A DNA stretch of 64,000 bases from an uncultured Actinomycetota bacterium (GTDB taxonomy: Bacteria > Actinomycetota > Actinomycetes > Mycobacteriales > Mycobacteriaceae). Positions 1 through 9,595 of this stretch are shown piece after piece. The first letter of the stretch is position 1; the number at the start of each line of letters is the position of its first letter. The position numbers and the translations under genes are program-made. The notes below the pieces were generated by a model. It saw only the letters and a list, made by a program, of their open reading frames with translations, did no database searches and was not told where the DNA came from. The stretch is taken from positions 205,659 to 269,658 of the forward strand of contig CAVWCK010000002.1 of assembly GCA_963753505.1 (NCBI GenBank). Reading direction: 5' to 3'.

Positions 1-999
1 GTTGGCGTGGTGATCGCTGTGGCGCTGCAGGTGATAGAGGAACAGGTTGGTCACGATGTGATCGGAATTCCAGCTGTGCACCGGTGCGCAGCGCTCATAG
101 CGGCCGCTCTCGGTCTTCTGCCGCAGCAGTCCGTAGTGCTCGAGATAGTTGACGGTCTCCAGAAGCGTGAAGCCGAACACCGCAGAGATCACGATGTAGG
201 GAATGAGCGCTACACCGAAGAACGCGATCAGGATGCCGTAGAACACCACTGACATCGCCCAGGCGTTGAGCACGTCGTTGGACCAGTGCCAGGGACTCTT
301 GCCGGCGCGACGCAGACGCTGAGCCTCCAGCTCCCAGGAGGATTTCAGGCTGCCCCACACGCTGCGCGGCAGGAATTCCCAGAACGTTTCGCCGAAGCGC
401 GCCGACGCCGGGTCCTCGGGTGTTGCCACCCGCACGTGATGGCCGCGGTTGTGCTCGATGTAGAAGTGGCCGTAAAACGTCTGCGCCAGCGTGATTTTCG
501 ACAGCCACCGCTCCAGTTCGTCCTTCTTGTGACCCATTTCGTGCGCGGTGTTGATGCCCACCCCTCCGAGCACACCCACCGACAGCGCCAGCCCGATCTT
601 GGCCGGCCAGCCAAGGCCACCATCGAATCCCAGCCAGCTCAGGTCCGACGCGGTGAACAGGTAGGCGCCGAAGATGACGCTGGCGTACTGGAACGGGATG
701 TAGATGTAGGTGCAGTAGCGGTAGTACTTATCGTTCTCGAGCCGCTCCATCACCTCGTCGGGCGGATTCTGCCCGTCCGGGCCGAATCGCAGATCCAGCG
801 CCGGCAGCAGGATGTACAGCAGGATCGGCCCGATCCAGAACGGCACCGTAGCCGCGACGTGCCAGCCCCACTGATTGAACGCCCACACCAGCGGCAGCAT
901 GACGAACAGCGCCGTCGGCGCGATGAGCCCCATCAGCCACAGGTGCCGTTTTTTGTCGCGCCACTGGGCGATATCGATGTCAGACAGTTGCGTGGTCAC
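1..999 (-). CDS. alkB: Alkane 1-monooxygenase (membrane non-heme di-iron hydroxylase); 3' end runs off the window
   Basis: Translated by hand (absent from the ORF track because there is no stop in the window). GTG start at 999 after GAGGAGG. Contains the histidine boxes HEMGH, EHNRGHH, NYLEHYGL and LQRHSDHHAN. Confidence 0.97.
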   Translation of the reverse strand, partial: MTTQLSDIDIAQWRDKKRHLWLMGLIAPTALFVMLPLVWAFNQWGWHVAATVPFWIGPILLYILLPALDLRFGPDGQNPPDEVMERLENDKYYRYCTYIYIPFQYASVIFGAYLFTASDLSWLGFDGGLGWPAKIGLALSVGVLGGVGINTAHEMGHKKDELERWLSKITLAQTFYGHFYIEHNRGHHVRVATPEDPASARFGETFWEFLPRSVWGSLKSSWELEAQRLRRAGKSPWHWSNDVLNAWAMSVVFYGILIAFFGVALIPYIVISAVFGFTLLETVNYLEHYGLLRQKTESGRYERCAPVHSWNSDHIVTNLFLYHLQRHSDHHAN

Positions 1000-1040
1000 T
1001 ACATGCCTCCTCGTGTGAGTGCCATCACCTCGTTGACTTG

Positions 1041-1073
1041 ACTATAGAGCCGTTTTTGTCGTCTGTCTAGACA
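1041..1073 (-). promoter_or_regulatory. SigA-type promoter of alkB, with a 10-bp palindrome over the -35
   Basis: Minus strand reads TAGACA (1064-1069), N17, TATAGT (1041-1046). The perfect palindrome TGTCTAGACA spans 1064-1073. Confidence 0.65.
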
Positions 1074-1112
1074 CGAAGGCATGTTTTGTAAAGCGCCCCA
1101 GGGCGTGCAGTA

Positions 1113-1165
1113 GCGGTTTCGGCGCGTTTAGCGTGGCTGAGCGTGGATTAACGCGCCGAAGTCGC
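1113..1165. repeat. 53-bp REP-like imperfect palindrome, copy 1
   Basis: GCGGTTTCGGCGCGTTTAGCGTGGCTGAGCGTGGATTAACGCGCCGAAGTCGC; near-identical copies at 15667 and 53463. Confidence 0.85.
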
Positions 1166-2620
1166 AGACTCGCGCTGCGCCAGCACCGAATGCCGGCGGC
1201 CGTACGCGAAATAGATCAGCACGCCGATGGCCATCCAGATTGCAAACCGGATCCACGTCAGCCCGGTGAGGTTGAGCATCAGCCACACGCAGGCCACGAT
1301 CGACGCGATCGGCAGCAGCGGCACCCCCGGCGCCCGGAAGCCGCGTTCGAGGTCGGGGCGGGTACGGCGCAGCACGATCACCCCCGCCGAGACCAGCACG
1401 AACGCGAACAGCGTGCCGATGTTGACCATCTCCTCGAGCTTGCCGATCGGGAACACCGACGCCGTGATGGCCACCAGCACACCGACCACCACCGTGATCC
1501 GCACCGGCGTGCCGTGCGGGCCGGTCTTGGCCAGCGGCCGCGGCAGCAACCCGTCGCGGCACATCGCGAACAACACGCGGGTCTGGCCGAGCACCAGCAC
1601 GATGACGACAGTGGTCAGCCCGGCCAGCGCGCCGATCGAGATGACTTTCGCCGCCCAGTCCACGCCGTTGGCGGTGAACGCCGTCGCGAGGTTCGCCTTC
1701 TCCCCCGCATCTCGCAGTTCTGAGTACTTGACCATGCCGGACAGCACGACGGCCACGGCCACGTATAGGACCGTGACGATGGCCAGCGAGGCAAGGATGC
1801 CGCGGGACACATCGCGCTGCGGGTTCTTGGTCTCCTCGGCCGTCGTGGCAACGATGTCGAAGCCGATGAACGCGAAGAACACGATCGAGGCGCCCGCCAG
1901 CACGCCGTACCAGCCGTAATGGCTGCCTTCGGCGCCGGTCAGCAGCGAGAACAACGACTGTTCCGCGCCGGTGCCGCCCTCGCCGGCCTCGGCGGGTGGA
2001 ATGAACGGTGAGAAGTTCGAAGCCTTGATGTAGAACGCCCCGACAACGACGACCAACAGCACCACCGACACCTTGATCACCGTGATGACCAGGCTGACCC
2101 CCGCCGACAGCTTGGTGCCCCAGGCCAGGATGACGGTGACGAACGCGATGATCAGCAGCGCGCCCCAGTCGAGTGCGAAACCCCCGAAATCGGCTGTGCC
2201 GCCGCCGAATCCGAACACCGTGCCCAGGTAGCTCGACCAGCCTTTGGCCACCACCGCGGCAGCGACCGCGAATTCCAGGATCAGATCCCAGCCGATGATC
2301 CATGCGACGAATTCACCGAAGGTCGCGTAGGAGAATGTGTAGGCGCTGCCCGCGACCGGCACCGTTGAGGCGAACTCCGCGTAGCACAGCGCGGCCAGGC
2401 CACATGCCACCGCGGCGAACACGAACGAGATCGAGATCGCCGGCCCGGTGATGTTTCCCGCAGTCGATGCCGTGATCGTGAAGATGCCCGCGCCGATCAC
2501 GACCGACACGCCGAACACCGTCAAGTCCCACCAGTTCAGGTCCTTGCGTAGCCGGGTCTCAGGCTCGTCGGTGTCCGCGATCGACTGCTCTACCGATTTG
2601 GTCCGCCGGGCCGTCGCCAT
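1148..2620 (-). CDS. APC-family (cationic) amino acid permease, Rv3253c-like
   Basis: ATG 2620 after GGAGG; motifs GVSVVIGAGIF, GPAISISF, LCYAEFAS, GSAYTFSY; about 12 hydrophobic segments. Confidence 0.93.
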   Translation of the reverse strand: MATARRTKSVEQSIADTDEPETRLRKDLNWWDLTVFGVSVVIGAGIFTITASTAGNITGPAISISFVFAAVACGLAALCYAEFASTVPVAGSAYTFSYATFGEFVAWIIGWDLILEFAVAAAVVAKGWSSYLGTVFGFGGGTADFGGFALDWGALLIIAFVTVILAWGTKLSAGVSLVITVIKVSVVLLVVVVGAFYIKASNFSPFIPPAEAGEGGTGAEQSLFSLLTGAEGSHYGWYGVLAGASIVFFAFIGFDIVATTAEETKNPQRDVSRGILASLAIVTVLYVAVAVVLSGMVKYSELRDAGEKANLATAFTANGVDWAAKVISIGALAGLTTVVIVLVLGQTRVLFAMCRDGLLPRPLAKTGPHGTPVRITVVVGVLVAITASVFPIGKLEEMVNIGTLFAFVLVSAGVIVLRRTRPDLERGFRAPGVPLLPIASIVACVWLMLNLTGLTWIRFAIWMAIGVLIYFAYGRRHSVLAQRESATSAR

Positions 2621-2668
2621 GAGTCCTCCCTGGTCCCTTCTCGGCAATGAATTTAGTACTGTCCCCCC

Positions 2669-4042
2669 ATGGGGCGGACCGGAAACCACGCTGTCGTGAT
2701 CGGAGCGAGCATCGGGGGCTTGTGCGCCGCGCGCGTGCTGTCGGACTTCTACGACCGGGTGACGGTCTATGAGCGCGATGAGCTGCCCAACGGTCCCGCC
2801 AACAGGGCCGCCGTGCCCCAGGGCAGGCACGTCCACCTGTTGATGGCGCGCGGCGCGCAGGAGTTCGAAGCGCATTTCCCGGGCCTGCTCGACGACATGG
2901 TCGCCGCGGGTGTGCCGATTCTGGAGAACCGGCCGGACTGCATCCACTTCGGGGCGGCCGGCCACGTGCTGGGCACCCACCACCGGCTGCAGGACGAGTT
3001 CACGGCGTATGTGCCGAGCCGACCACAACTGGAATGGCAGATTCGACGCCGCACGACGGCGATCGACAACGTAGACGTGCTCCGCGGTGCGGTCAGCGAG
3101 CCTCGATTCGACGTCAGCCGGCAGCGGGTGACCGGCGTGGTGCTCGACTCCGGTGACGTGGTGGACGCGGACCTCATCGTCGACGCCACTGGCAGGGGTA
3201 CCCGGTTACCAGTGTGGTTGGCGCAGTGGGGATTTGAGCGTCCTCGCGAGGAGACCGTCGATGTCGGGATCGGTTATTCCACCCAACAGGTGCGCGTCCC
3301 CGACGGCCTGCTCGCGGAGAAGGTCGTGGTGGCGGGCGCCTCAAACGAGCAGCCGATCGGGCTCGGGATGCTGTTCTACGAAGACGGCAACTGGGGGGTG
3401 ACGACGTTCGGCGTGGCCAAGGTCGAGCCCCCGCAGAACTTCGCCCAGATCTGTGACGTGGCCGACAAGATCCTTCCGGCACATGTCGCCGCAGCGCTGC
3501 GTCAGGGTGAACCCCTCGGCGAGATGGCGTTTCACAAATACCCCACCAGCCGGTGGCGCCGCTACGACAAGCTCGACCGGTTCCCTTGCGGCATCATCCC
3601 GTTCGGCGACGCCGTCGTGAGCTTCAATCCGACCTACGGGCAGGGCATGACGATGACGTCACTGCAGGCGGGCCATCTGCGGCGCGCGCTTTCAGCGCCG
3701 GACGCCGACCTGTGGCGCGAATTTCACCGTGCGACCGCCAAAACGACATTTCCGGTCTGGCAGATGAACGCAATCGGGGACCTGACGCTGCATCGCGCAA
3801 GTGGACCGATGCCGCGGTGGTACGGCCCGGTCGGCCACCTGTTCGATCAGTTCCTCGGCGCCGCCGAGACCGACCCTGTTCTGGCCGAATGGTTTTTGCG
3901 ACGGTTCAGCCTGCTCGACAGCCTCTACATGGTCCCGTCGGCGCGCCTGGTCGGCCGCACCATCCGGCACAACATGCGGCTGTGGCTGGCCGAGAAACGG
4001 GGTCGTCGCACTGCCGTGCCAGCGGCCAGCTCGGTTAGCTGA
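2669..4042 (+). CDS. FAD-dependent oxidoreductase/monooxygenase, Rv3254-like
   Basis: N-terminal VVIGASIGGL Rossmann motif, DATGRG, and GDAVVSFNPTYGQGMT. Confidence 0.88.
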   Translation: MGRTGNHAVVIGASIGGLCAARVLSDFYDRVTVYERDELPNGPANRAAVPQGRHVHLLMARGAQEFEAHFPGLLDDMVAAGVPILENRPDCIHFGAAGHVLGTHHRLQDEFTAYVPSRPQLEWQIRRRTTAIDNVDVLRGAVSEPRFDVSRQRVTGVVLDSGDVVDADLIVDATGRGTRLPVWLAQWGFERPREETVDVGIGYSTQQVRVPDGLLAEKVVVAGASNEQPIGLGMLFYEDGNWGVTTFGVAKVEPPQNFAQICDVADKILPAHVAAALRQGEPLGEMAFHKYPTSRWRRYDKLDRFPCGIIPFGDAVVSFNPTYGQGMTMTSLQAGHLRRALSAPDADLWREFHRATAKTTFPVWQMNAIGDLTLHRASGPMPRWYGPVGHLFDQFLGAAETDPVLAEWFLRRFSLLDSLYMVPSARLVGRTIRHNMRLWLAEKRGRRTAVPAASSVS

Positions 4043-4058
4043 CCTCCTCCAACGGGTA
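4033..4058 (+). promoter_or_regulatory. Candidate SigF-type promoter upstream of the FadE10-like gene
   Basis: GGTTA (4033-4037), N16, GGGTA (4054-4058); same spacing and -35 as the site upstream of rsbW. Confidence 0.45.
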
Positions 4059-4078
4059 CCTATGTACCGACAGTCCGG

Positions 4079-4094
4079 GTTACTGTCGAGTAGG
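4079..4094. promoter_or_regulatory. Candidate TACT-N4-AGTA operator, site 1
   Basis: GTTACT-GTCG-AGTAGG, 22 bp before the acyl-CoA dehydrogenase ATG; related sites at 23882 and 51554. Confidence 0.55.
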
Positions 4095-4116
4095 GCCAGT
4101 TGCTAGGAGGTCTCCG

Positions 4117-6033
4117 ATGACCACGACCGGGGAAGTCAGCGAGAAACAGGCCAGGGAGGTCGCCGAGCACGCGCGCCCGGCAGACTGGCTGGCCCCCAGC
4201 TTCGGCAAGGAGCTGTTCCTCGGCCGATTGCGGTTGGACTTGGTCCATCCACACCCCAGCGGCACGCCGGAAGCCCAAGAGCGTGGCGAGGCGTTCCTCA
4301 CCAAGTTGCGGGAGTTCTGCGAGTCGCAGATCGATGCCGCGGTCATCGAACGTGATGCGCAGATCCCTGACGAGGTGATCCTCGGCCTGAAGGAACTCGG
4401 AGCGTTGGGCATGAAGATCCCAACCGAGTATGGCGGGCTGGGCCTGTCGCAGGTGTACTACAACAAGGCGCTCGCGCTGGTGTGTTCTGTCCATACCGCG
4501 CTAGGCGCATTGCTCTCCGCACACCAGTCAATTGGGGTGCCGCAGCCGATCTCGATGTTCGGTACCGAGCAGCAGAAGCAGACGTGGCTACCCCGATGTA
4601 CACGTGGAATCAGCGCTTTCCTGCTCACCGAGCCGGATGTCGGCAGTGACCCGGCCAGGATGCAAGCCACCGCGACACCGGACGGCGACGACTACGTGCT
4701 GAACGGGACCAAGCTTTGGACCACCAACGGCGTCATTGCCGACCTGTTGGTGGTGATGGCGAAGGTGCCCAAGAGCGAGGACCACCCCGGCGGGATCACC
4801 GCATTCGTGGTGGAGGCGGATAGCCCAGGCATCGTGGTGGAGAACCGTAACGCATTCATGGGGATGCGCGGCATCGAGAATGGCCTCACCCGGTTGAGCA
4901 ACGTGCGGGTGCCGGCCGAGAACCTGATCGGGCGCGAAGGTGACGGGTTGCGGATCGCGCTGTCCACACTGAATGTCGGGCGGCTGTCGCTACCCGCGGC
5001 GTGCTGCGGGACGGCGAAATGGTGTCTCAAGATTGCCAGGGAGTGGTCCCAGGAGCGCGTTCAGTGGGGCCGGCCGGTCGGTGAGCACGACGCGGTGGCC
5101 GGCAAGGTGGCGTTCATTGCGGCCACGGCCTACGGCCTGGAGGCAATGGTCGAGCTGGCCAGTGAACTCGCCGACGCCGGCCACACCGATATTCGGATCG
5201 AGGCGGCGCTGGCCAAGCTCTACGGCTCGGAGATGACCTGGCTGATCGCCGACGAACTCGTGCAGATTCGGGGCGGCCGCGGCTTCGAGACTGCCGAGTC
5301 GCTGGCCGCCCGTGGCGAGCGCGGTGTGCCCGCCGAGCAGGCGCTGCGCGACATGCGCATCAACCGGATCTTTGAAGGCTCGACCGAGATCATGCACCTG
5401 CTCATCGCACGCGAGGCGGTGGATGTGCATCTGAGCGTGGCCGGCGACGTCATCGACCCGCAGGCCGATATGCGGCGCAAAGCGCGCGCGGCGGCCAACG
5501 CCGGCCGGTTCTACGCCCGCTGGCTGCCCACCTTGCTCACCGGAAAAGGCCAATTGCCAACATCATTCGGCGAATTCGGTCCACTTGGCGCGCATCTGCG
5601 CTACGTCGAGCGGACCAGCAGGCGGCTGGCACGCAGCACGTTTTACGCGATGTCACGCTGGCAGGGCAAGCTGGAGCACAAGCAGCGGTTCCTCGGCAGG
5701 ATCGTGGATATCGGCGCCGAGCTGTTCGCGATGACGGCCGCCTGTGTGCGGGCGCAGCGTGACCGCACGGATGATTCCGCGGTCGGGCTCGCCGACGCAT
5801 TCTGCCGCCAGGCCCGGGTCCGGGCAGACCGACTGTTCGACGAACTGTGGCACAACTCTGACGCCACCGACCGGTCTCTGGCGCGCGACGTGCTCAACGG
5901 TCGCTACACGTGGCTGGAGGAAGGAATCCTCGACCCGTCGATCGAGGGGCCGTGGATTGCTCAGGACGGCGGCGCGACGAAGTCCGACGTCCACCGCGTC
6001 ATCCGTGATGTCCCCAATCGCGGCGCAGCGTGA
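4117..6033 (+). CDS. Acyl-CoA dehydrogenase, FadE10-like long form
   Basis: RBS AGGAGG; motifs SFGKELFLGR, AHQSIG, AFLLTEPDVGSDP, GTKLWTTNG, RINRIFEGSTEI. Confidence 0.92.
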   Translation: MTTTGEVSEKQAREVAEHARPADWLAPSFGKELFLGRLRLDLVHPHPSGTPEAQERGEAFLTKLREFCESQIDAAVIERDAQIPDEVILGLKELGALGMKIPTEYGGLGLSQVYYNKALALVCSVHTALGALLSAHQSIGVPQPISMFGTEQQKQTWLPRCTRGISAFLLTEPDVGSDPARMQATATPDGDDYVLNGTKLWTTNGVIADLLVVMAKVPKSEDHPGGITAFVVEADSPGIVVENRNAFMGMRGIENGLTRLSNVRVPAENLIGREGDGLRIALSTLNVGRLSLPAACCGTAKWCLKIAREWSQERVQWGRPVGEHDAVAGKVAFIAATAYGLEAMVELASELADAGHTDIRIEAALAKLYGSEMTWLIADELVQIRGGRGFETAESLAARGERGVPAEQALRDMRINRIFEGSTEIMHLLIAREAVDVHLSVAGDVIDPQADMRRKARAAANAGRFYARWLPTLLTGKGQLPTSFGEFGPLGAHLRYVERTSRRLARSTFYAMSRWQGKLEHKQRFLGRIVDIGAELFAMTAACVRAQRDRTDDSAVGLADAFCRQARVRADRLFDELWHNSDATDRSLARDVLNGRYTWLEEGILDPSIEGPWIAQDGGATKSDVHRVIRDVPNRGAA

Positions 6034-6341
6034 CGTCCCAGATCCGACCGCTGGAGGACCTGTCGTCGTACGGCATCGCGTACTGGTTGCCGCCCGGCGG
6101 CAGGGACAACGGCGTGTGGGCCGACATCTGGGTAGCGATCGCCGATCTCGAAACCGGTGACGCCGGTGAGGTTCTGGACCTGTTGGCGAAGGCCGACGTC
6201 GGTGGCTATGTCGCCATTCCCGGCGGAATCAGGGCCAGGGCGCGGGGTGCGGTGCGCTGTCGCATCTGGGTCGATGCGATGCAGTACGGCATAGCCGAGG
6301 ACGTGATGATCGGGTTCATGCGAGCTCGCCGTTGCCGGTAG
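6030..6341 (+). CDS. Hypothetical protein (103 aa)
   Basis: GTGA overlap with the upstream stop; fills the gap between two same-strand genes. Confidence 0.6.
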   Translation: MTSQIRPLEDLSSYGIAYWLPPGGRDNGVWADIWVAIADLETGDAGEVLDLLAKADVGGYVAIPGGIRARARGAVRCRIWVDAMQYGIAEDVMIGFMRARRCR

Positions 6342-6365
6342 GTTCGTGGCCATGACGGAGACGCG

Positions 6366-7304
6366 ATGAGCGCAGGTCTGTTCGGGCTCCTCGACGACGT
6401 TGCCGCCCTGGCCAGGTTGGCGGCCGCGTCGGTCGACGACATCGGTGCCGCCGCCGGGCGTGCGACGGCGAAGGCTGCTGGCGTTGTGATCGATGACACC
6501 GCGGTGACACCCCAGTATGTCCACGGCATCACCGCCGACCGCGAACTGCCGATGATCAAGCGGATCGCGCTCGGATCCCTGCGCAACAAGCTGGTTTTCA
6601 TCCTGCCCGCCGCACTGCTTCTCAGTCAGTTCGCGCCGTGGGCGGTGACGCCGATCCTGATGCTCGGCGCGACATATCTCTGCTACGAGGGGGCGGAGAA
6701 GGTACTGGGCTGGTTCCGGGGCCACGACGCCCACGCCGCACCCACCGCGGCCGTCGGCGAGGACGCCGAGAAGCAGATGACCTCCGGAGCGATCCGGACC
6801 GACTTCATCCTGTCCGCAGAGATCATGGTGATCGCGCTCAACGAGGTGGCCGATCAGTCGTTCTGGCCGCGCTTCGTCATTCTCGTCGTGGTGGCCTTCG
6901 TCATCACCGCCGCCGTGTATGGCGTGGTCGCCCTGATCGTGAAGATGGACGACATCGGATTGAGCCTCGCGCAGCGCACATCACGATTCGCGCAGAAGGT
7001 CGGCCGCGGTCTGGTCGCCGCAATGCCCAAACTGTTGTCGGCGCTGTCGACCATCGGCACCGTAGCCATGCTCTGGGTCGGCGGCCACATTCTGCTTGTC
7101 GGAACCGATGACGTCGGCTGGCACGCCCCATACGGGCTCGTCCATCACGCCGAGGAGTTCGTGCACCACGCCGTGCAGGGCGTCGGTGGCTTGCTGGCCT
7201 GGCTGCTCAACACCGCGGTATCCGCCATCGTCGGGTTGGTCGTCGGGGCGGTGGTCGTCGCAATCATGCACGTGCTGCCGTTCGGCCGGAAAGACGCTCA
7301 CTAG
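6366..7304 (+). CDS. DUF808 (YedI-like) membrane protein
   Basis: MSAGLFGLLDDVAALA, KAAGVVIDDTAVTPQYV, GAIRTDFILSAEIMVIAL. Confidence 0.9.
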   Translation: MSAGLFGLLDDVAALARLAAASVDDIGAAAGRATAKAAGVVIDDTAVTPQYVHGITADRELPMIKRIALGSLRNKLVFILPAALLLSQFAPWAVTPILMLGATYLCYEGAEKVLGWFRGHDAHAAPTAAVGEDAEKQMTSGAIRTDFILSAEIMVIALNEVADQSFWPRFVILVVVAFVITAAVYGVVALIVKMDDIGLSLAQRTSRFAQKVGRGLVAAMPKLLSALSTIGTVAMLWVGGHILLVGTDDVGWHAPYGLVHHAEEFVHHAVQGVGGLLAWLLNTAVSAIVGLVVGAVVVAIMHVLPFGRKDAH

Positions 7305-8527
7305 ATACCGACGGTGGCCCGGAACAACTTCGTCGGAGTCTGCGCCACCAACCGGATCGGCCCGTCATCGGCGGCCACCCACGCAGCCGCGCCACGTTCC
7401 AGCGTCACCGCGGTGGATTTGGCGTGCACCACCGTCGATCCCTCTGTACACAGCAGGATCTGAGGTCCGTCGTGGCGGGTCGGCGCGTCGATCTCGTGGC
7501 CCAGATTCTCGCCGTCGATGCACAGCACCGACACCGCGAACTCCGGTGCGGGCGTGCTGTAGACGAGTTCTGTTCCCTCCCTGATGATTTGGGGATGGAG
7601 GACATCCTCGGTGGCGGGCGTGAAGTCGAGCACCCGTAGCAATTCCGGCACATCGACGTGTTTAGGCGTGAGTCCGCCACGCAGCACGTTGTCGGAGTTG
7701 GCCATCACCTCGACACCCACGCCGTTCAGATACGCGTGCAGGTTTCCCGCGGGCATGTATATGGCCTCGCCAGGTTGGAGGCTGATCCTGTTCAACAGCA
7801 GTGAGGCAAGCACTCCCGCATCACCGGGGTAGCGCTCACCGAGTTCGAGCACGGTCTTGGCCTCGGGGGCGAACTTCTTCTTCCCCGACCGGATGTAGTG
7901 GATCGCACCCTCGATCACCGCGGGCACCAGCACGTCAAGGTCGGGTTGCGGGGCGGTGATCCACGTCGTGAACAGCGCGCGCAGGCCGTCGGCGTCGGCC
8001 TGACCGGACAGCAGATTGACGAACGGGTCGAGGTCACTGACCGCAAGTGCGCGCATCAGCTCGACGCTGCGCGCGGCAGGCTGGAATCCGGCCAACGCCT
8101 CGAATTGCACCAGCGCGACCAGCAATTCGGGCTTGTGGCTGCGGTCGCGGTAGTTACGGATGGGCGCCGTGACCGGGATGCCGCGCTTCTCCTCGCGCGC
8201 GAACCCCTCCATCGCCTGCTCGGCGCTCGGATGCGCCTGCAGCGACAGCGGTTCGTCGGCCGCGAGCACTTTGACCAAGAACGGTAGGCAGTCGCCGAAG
8301 CGGCCGCGGACGGCGGCGCCCAGCTGGCCTTCGGGATCGGTTTGCAGCGTGTCGAGCAGCGAGCGCTCCCCGTCATCGGTCTCCAGCCACGCCGGATCAC
8401 CCGGGTGCGCCCCGAACCAGAGCTCCGCCTCGGGATGCGCTGTGGGACTTGGCCGTCCGGTGAACTCGGCGATGGCGGTTCGCGAACCCCATGCATAGGT
8501 CCGCACCGCTCCCCGTAGCAGGTGCAC
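7301..8527 (-). CDS. manA: Mannose-6-phosphate isomerase, class I
   Basis: YAWGS, AELWFGAHP, LSLQAHPS, NYRDRSHKPEL, NSDNVLRGGLTPKHVD. Confidence 0.96.
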   Translation of the reverse strand: MHLLRGAVRTYAWGSRTAIAEFTGRPSPTAHPEAELWFGAHPGDPAWLETDDGERSLLDTLQTDPEGQLGAAVRGRFGDCLPFLVKVLAADEPLSLQAHPSAEQAMEGFAREEKRGIPVTAPIRNYRDRSHKPELLVALVQFEALAGFQPAARSVELMRALAVSDLDPFVNLLSGQADADGLRALFTTWITAPQPDLDVLVPAVIEGAIHYIRSGKKKFAPEAKTVLELGERYPGDAGVLASLLLNRISLQPGEAIYMPAGNLHAYLNGVGVEVMANSDNVLRGGLTPKHVDVPELLRVLDFTPATEDVLHPQIIREGTELVYSTPAPEFAVSVLCIDGENLGHEIDAPTRHDGPQILLCTEGSTVVHAKSTAVTLERGAAAWVAADDGPIRLVAQTPTKLFRATVGI

Positions 8528-8530
8528 TCG

Positions 8531-9595
8531 TTAACCTCGAACCAGTCGCAGGTAGGTGGCCGTCATCTCCAACCGCACAGCCATCATCGCCAGTTGTTGT
8601 TCTGGGTGCCCGCTTGCCAACGGCACCTTGACATCCGGCACATCCTCGGCGGCGATCACCTCCACATCGTCGAAGCCCTCGACGCGGGCGAGCACCACCG
8701 GCCGCACTGCGTCGGTGGCCAGGACGAACGTCCGAACTCGTGTTGGCTGTGGGCCGTCGATCTGCTCGTCGTGGAACAAGGAGTCGCCCGGCCTCGCGCC
8801 CATACCGGTGTGGAGGGCGACAAGTGCGTCGGCCAGGCCGACCGCGGCCACCGGCAGGTGCGCGATCCGCAGCAGCACGGCCGCACCGTGGCGGGCCAGC
8901 GCCAGGGTCGCCGCGGTGTCGCCCGCCAACACGACCCCGCGGCCGGACATGCGATCGGCGAGGTTCTTGGCCGGGTTGGTGAAAAGCTCACGGCCGGCGC
9001 TGTTACGCAATGCCTCCGCGTCCAGCTCGTCGGCGAGCGTGGCCAGATCCACGTGCACCGCGGAATCCACAACGTTAAGGGTGGCCATCCCAGCCCCCAG
9101 GTAATGGGCAAGACCGAAATCATCGGACACCGGCAACCGCGGGGCCAGGACTGCGGCCCGGCCTGCAGTTGCGTCGCGCAGCGGGCCTTCGGGCGGGGCG
9201 ACAACGACCACCCGCGCTCCACGCCGCACGGCGGTGGCCGCCGCCGAAACCAGTGTGGGATCGCCAGGATCATCGCCTGCCAGGACCAGCACATCCAGCG
9301 CGCCGATCCACGGCGGCGCATCGGGCGCGACGACGATTGGGGCCGCCATCGATCCCCCTAACACGGCGGCCAGCATCGACCCGGCCCTCTCAGCCGTTCC
9401 GCGGCCCGCGACCCAGATCACCGTCCGCGGCGGCTGGTCCGACCTCAGCGTGTCAAGGTCACCCTCGTCGAGCGCTGCGGCCATCGCGCGCACCTGGGCA
9501 CCGGCCATCGACGCGGCGCGCAGCAAACCGCTGTGGTCGGCCGCCAGTAAGCCTTCAACGTCATCCAGGTCGATGGTCGCATTGGTCGCGCTCAC
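8531..9595 (-). CDS. SIS-domain/TobH-like protein, Rv3256c-like
   Basis: Conserved position between pmm and manA; ELFTNPAKNLA motif; GTGA coupling to pmm. Confidence 0.8.
   Translation of the reverse strand: MSATNATIDLDDVEGLLAADHSGLLRAASMAGAQVRAMAAALDEGDLDTLRSDQPPRTVIWVAGRGTAERAGSMLAAVLGGSMAAPIVVAPDAPPWIGALDVLVLAGDDPGDPTLVSAAATAVRRGARVVVVAPPEGPLRDATAGRAAVLAPRLPVSDDFGLAHYLGAGMATLNVVDSAVHVDLATLADELDAEALRNSAGRELFTNPAKNLADRMSGRGVVLAGDTAATLALARHGAAVLLRIAHLPVAAVGLADALVALHTGMGARPGDSLFHDEQIDGPQPTRVRTFVLATDAVRPVVLARVEGFDDVEVIAAEDVPDVKVPLASGHPEQQLAMMAVRLEMTATYLRLVRG

Noticed and set aside
286-1041. 251-aa plus-strand ORF at the window start
   Set aside because: It is the antisense shadow of alkB, which has all the histidine boxes on the minus strand.
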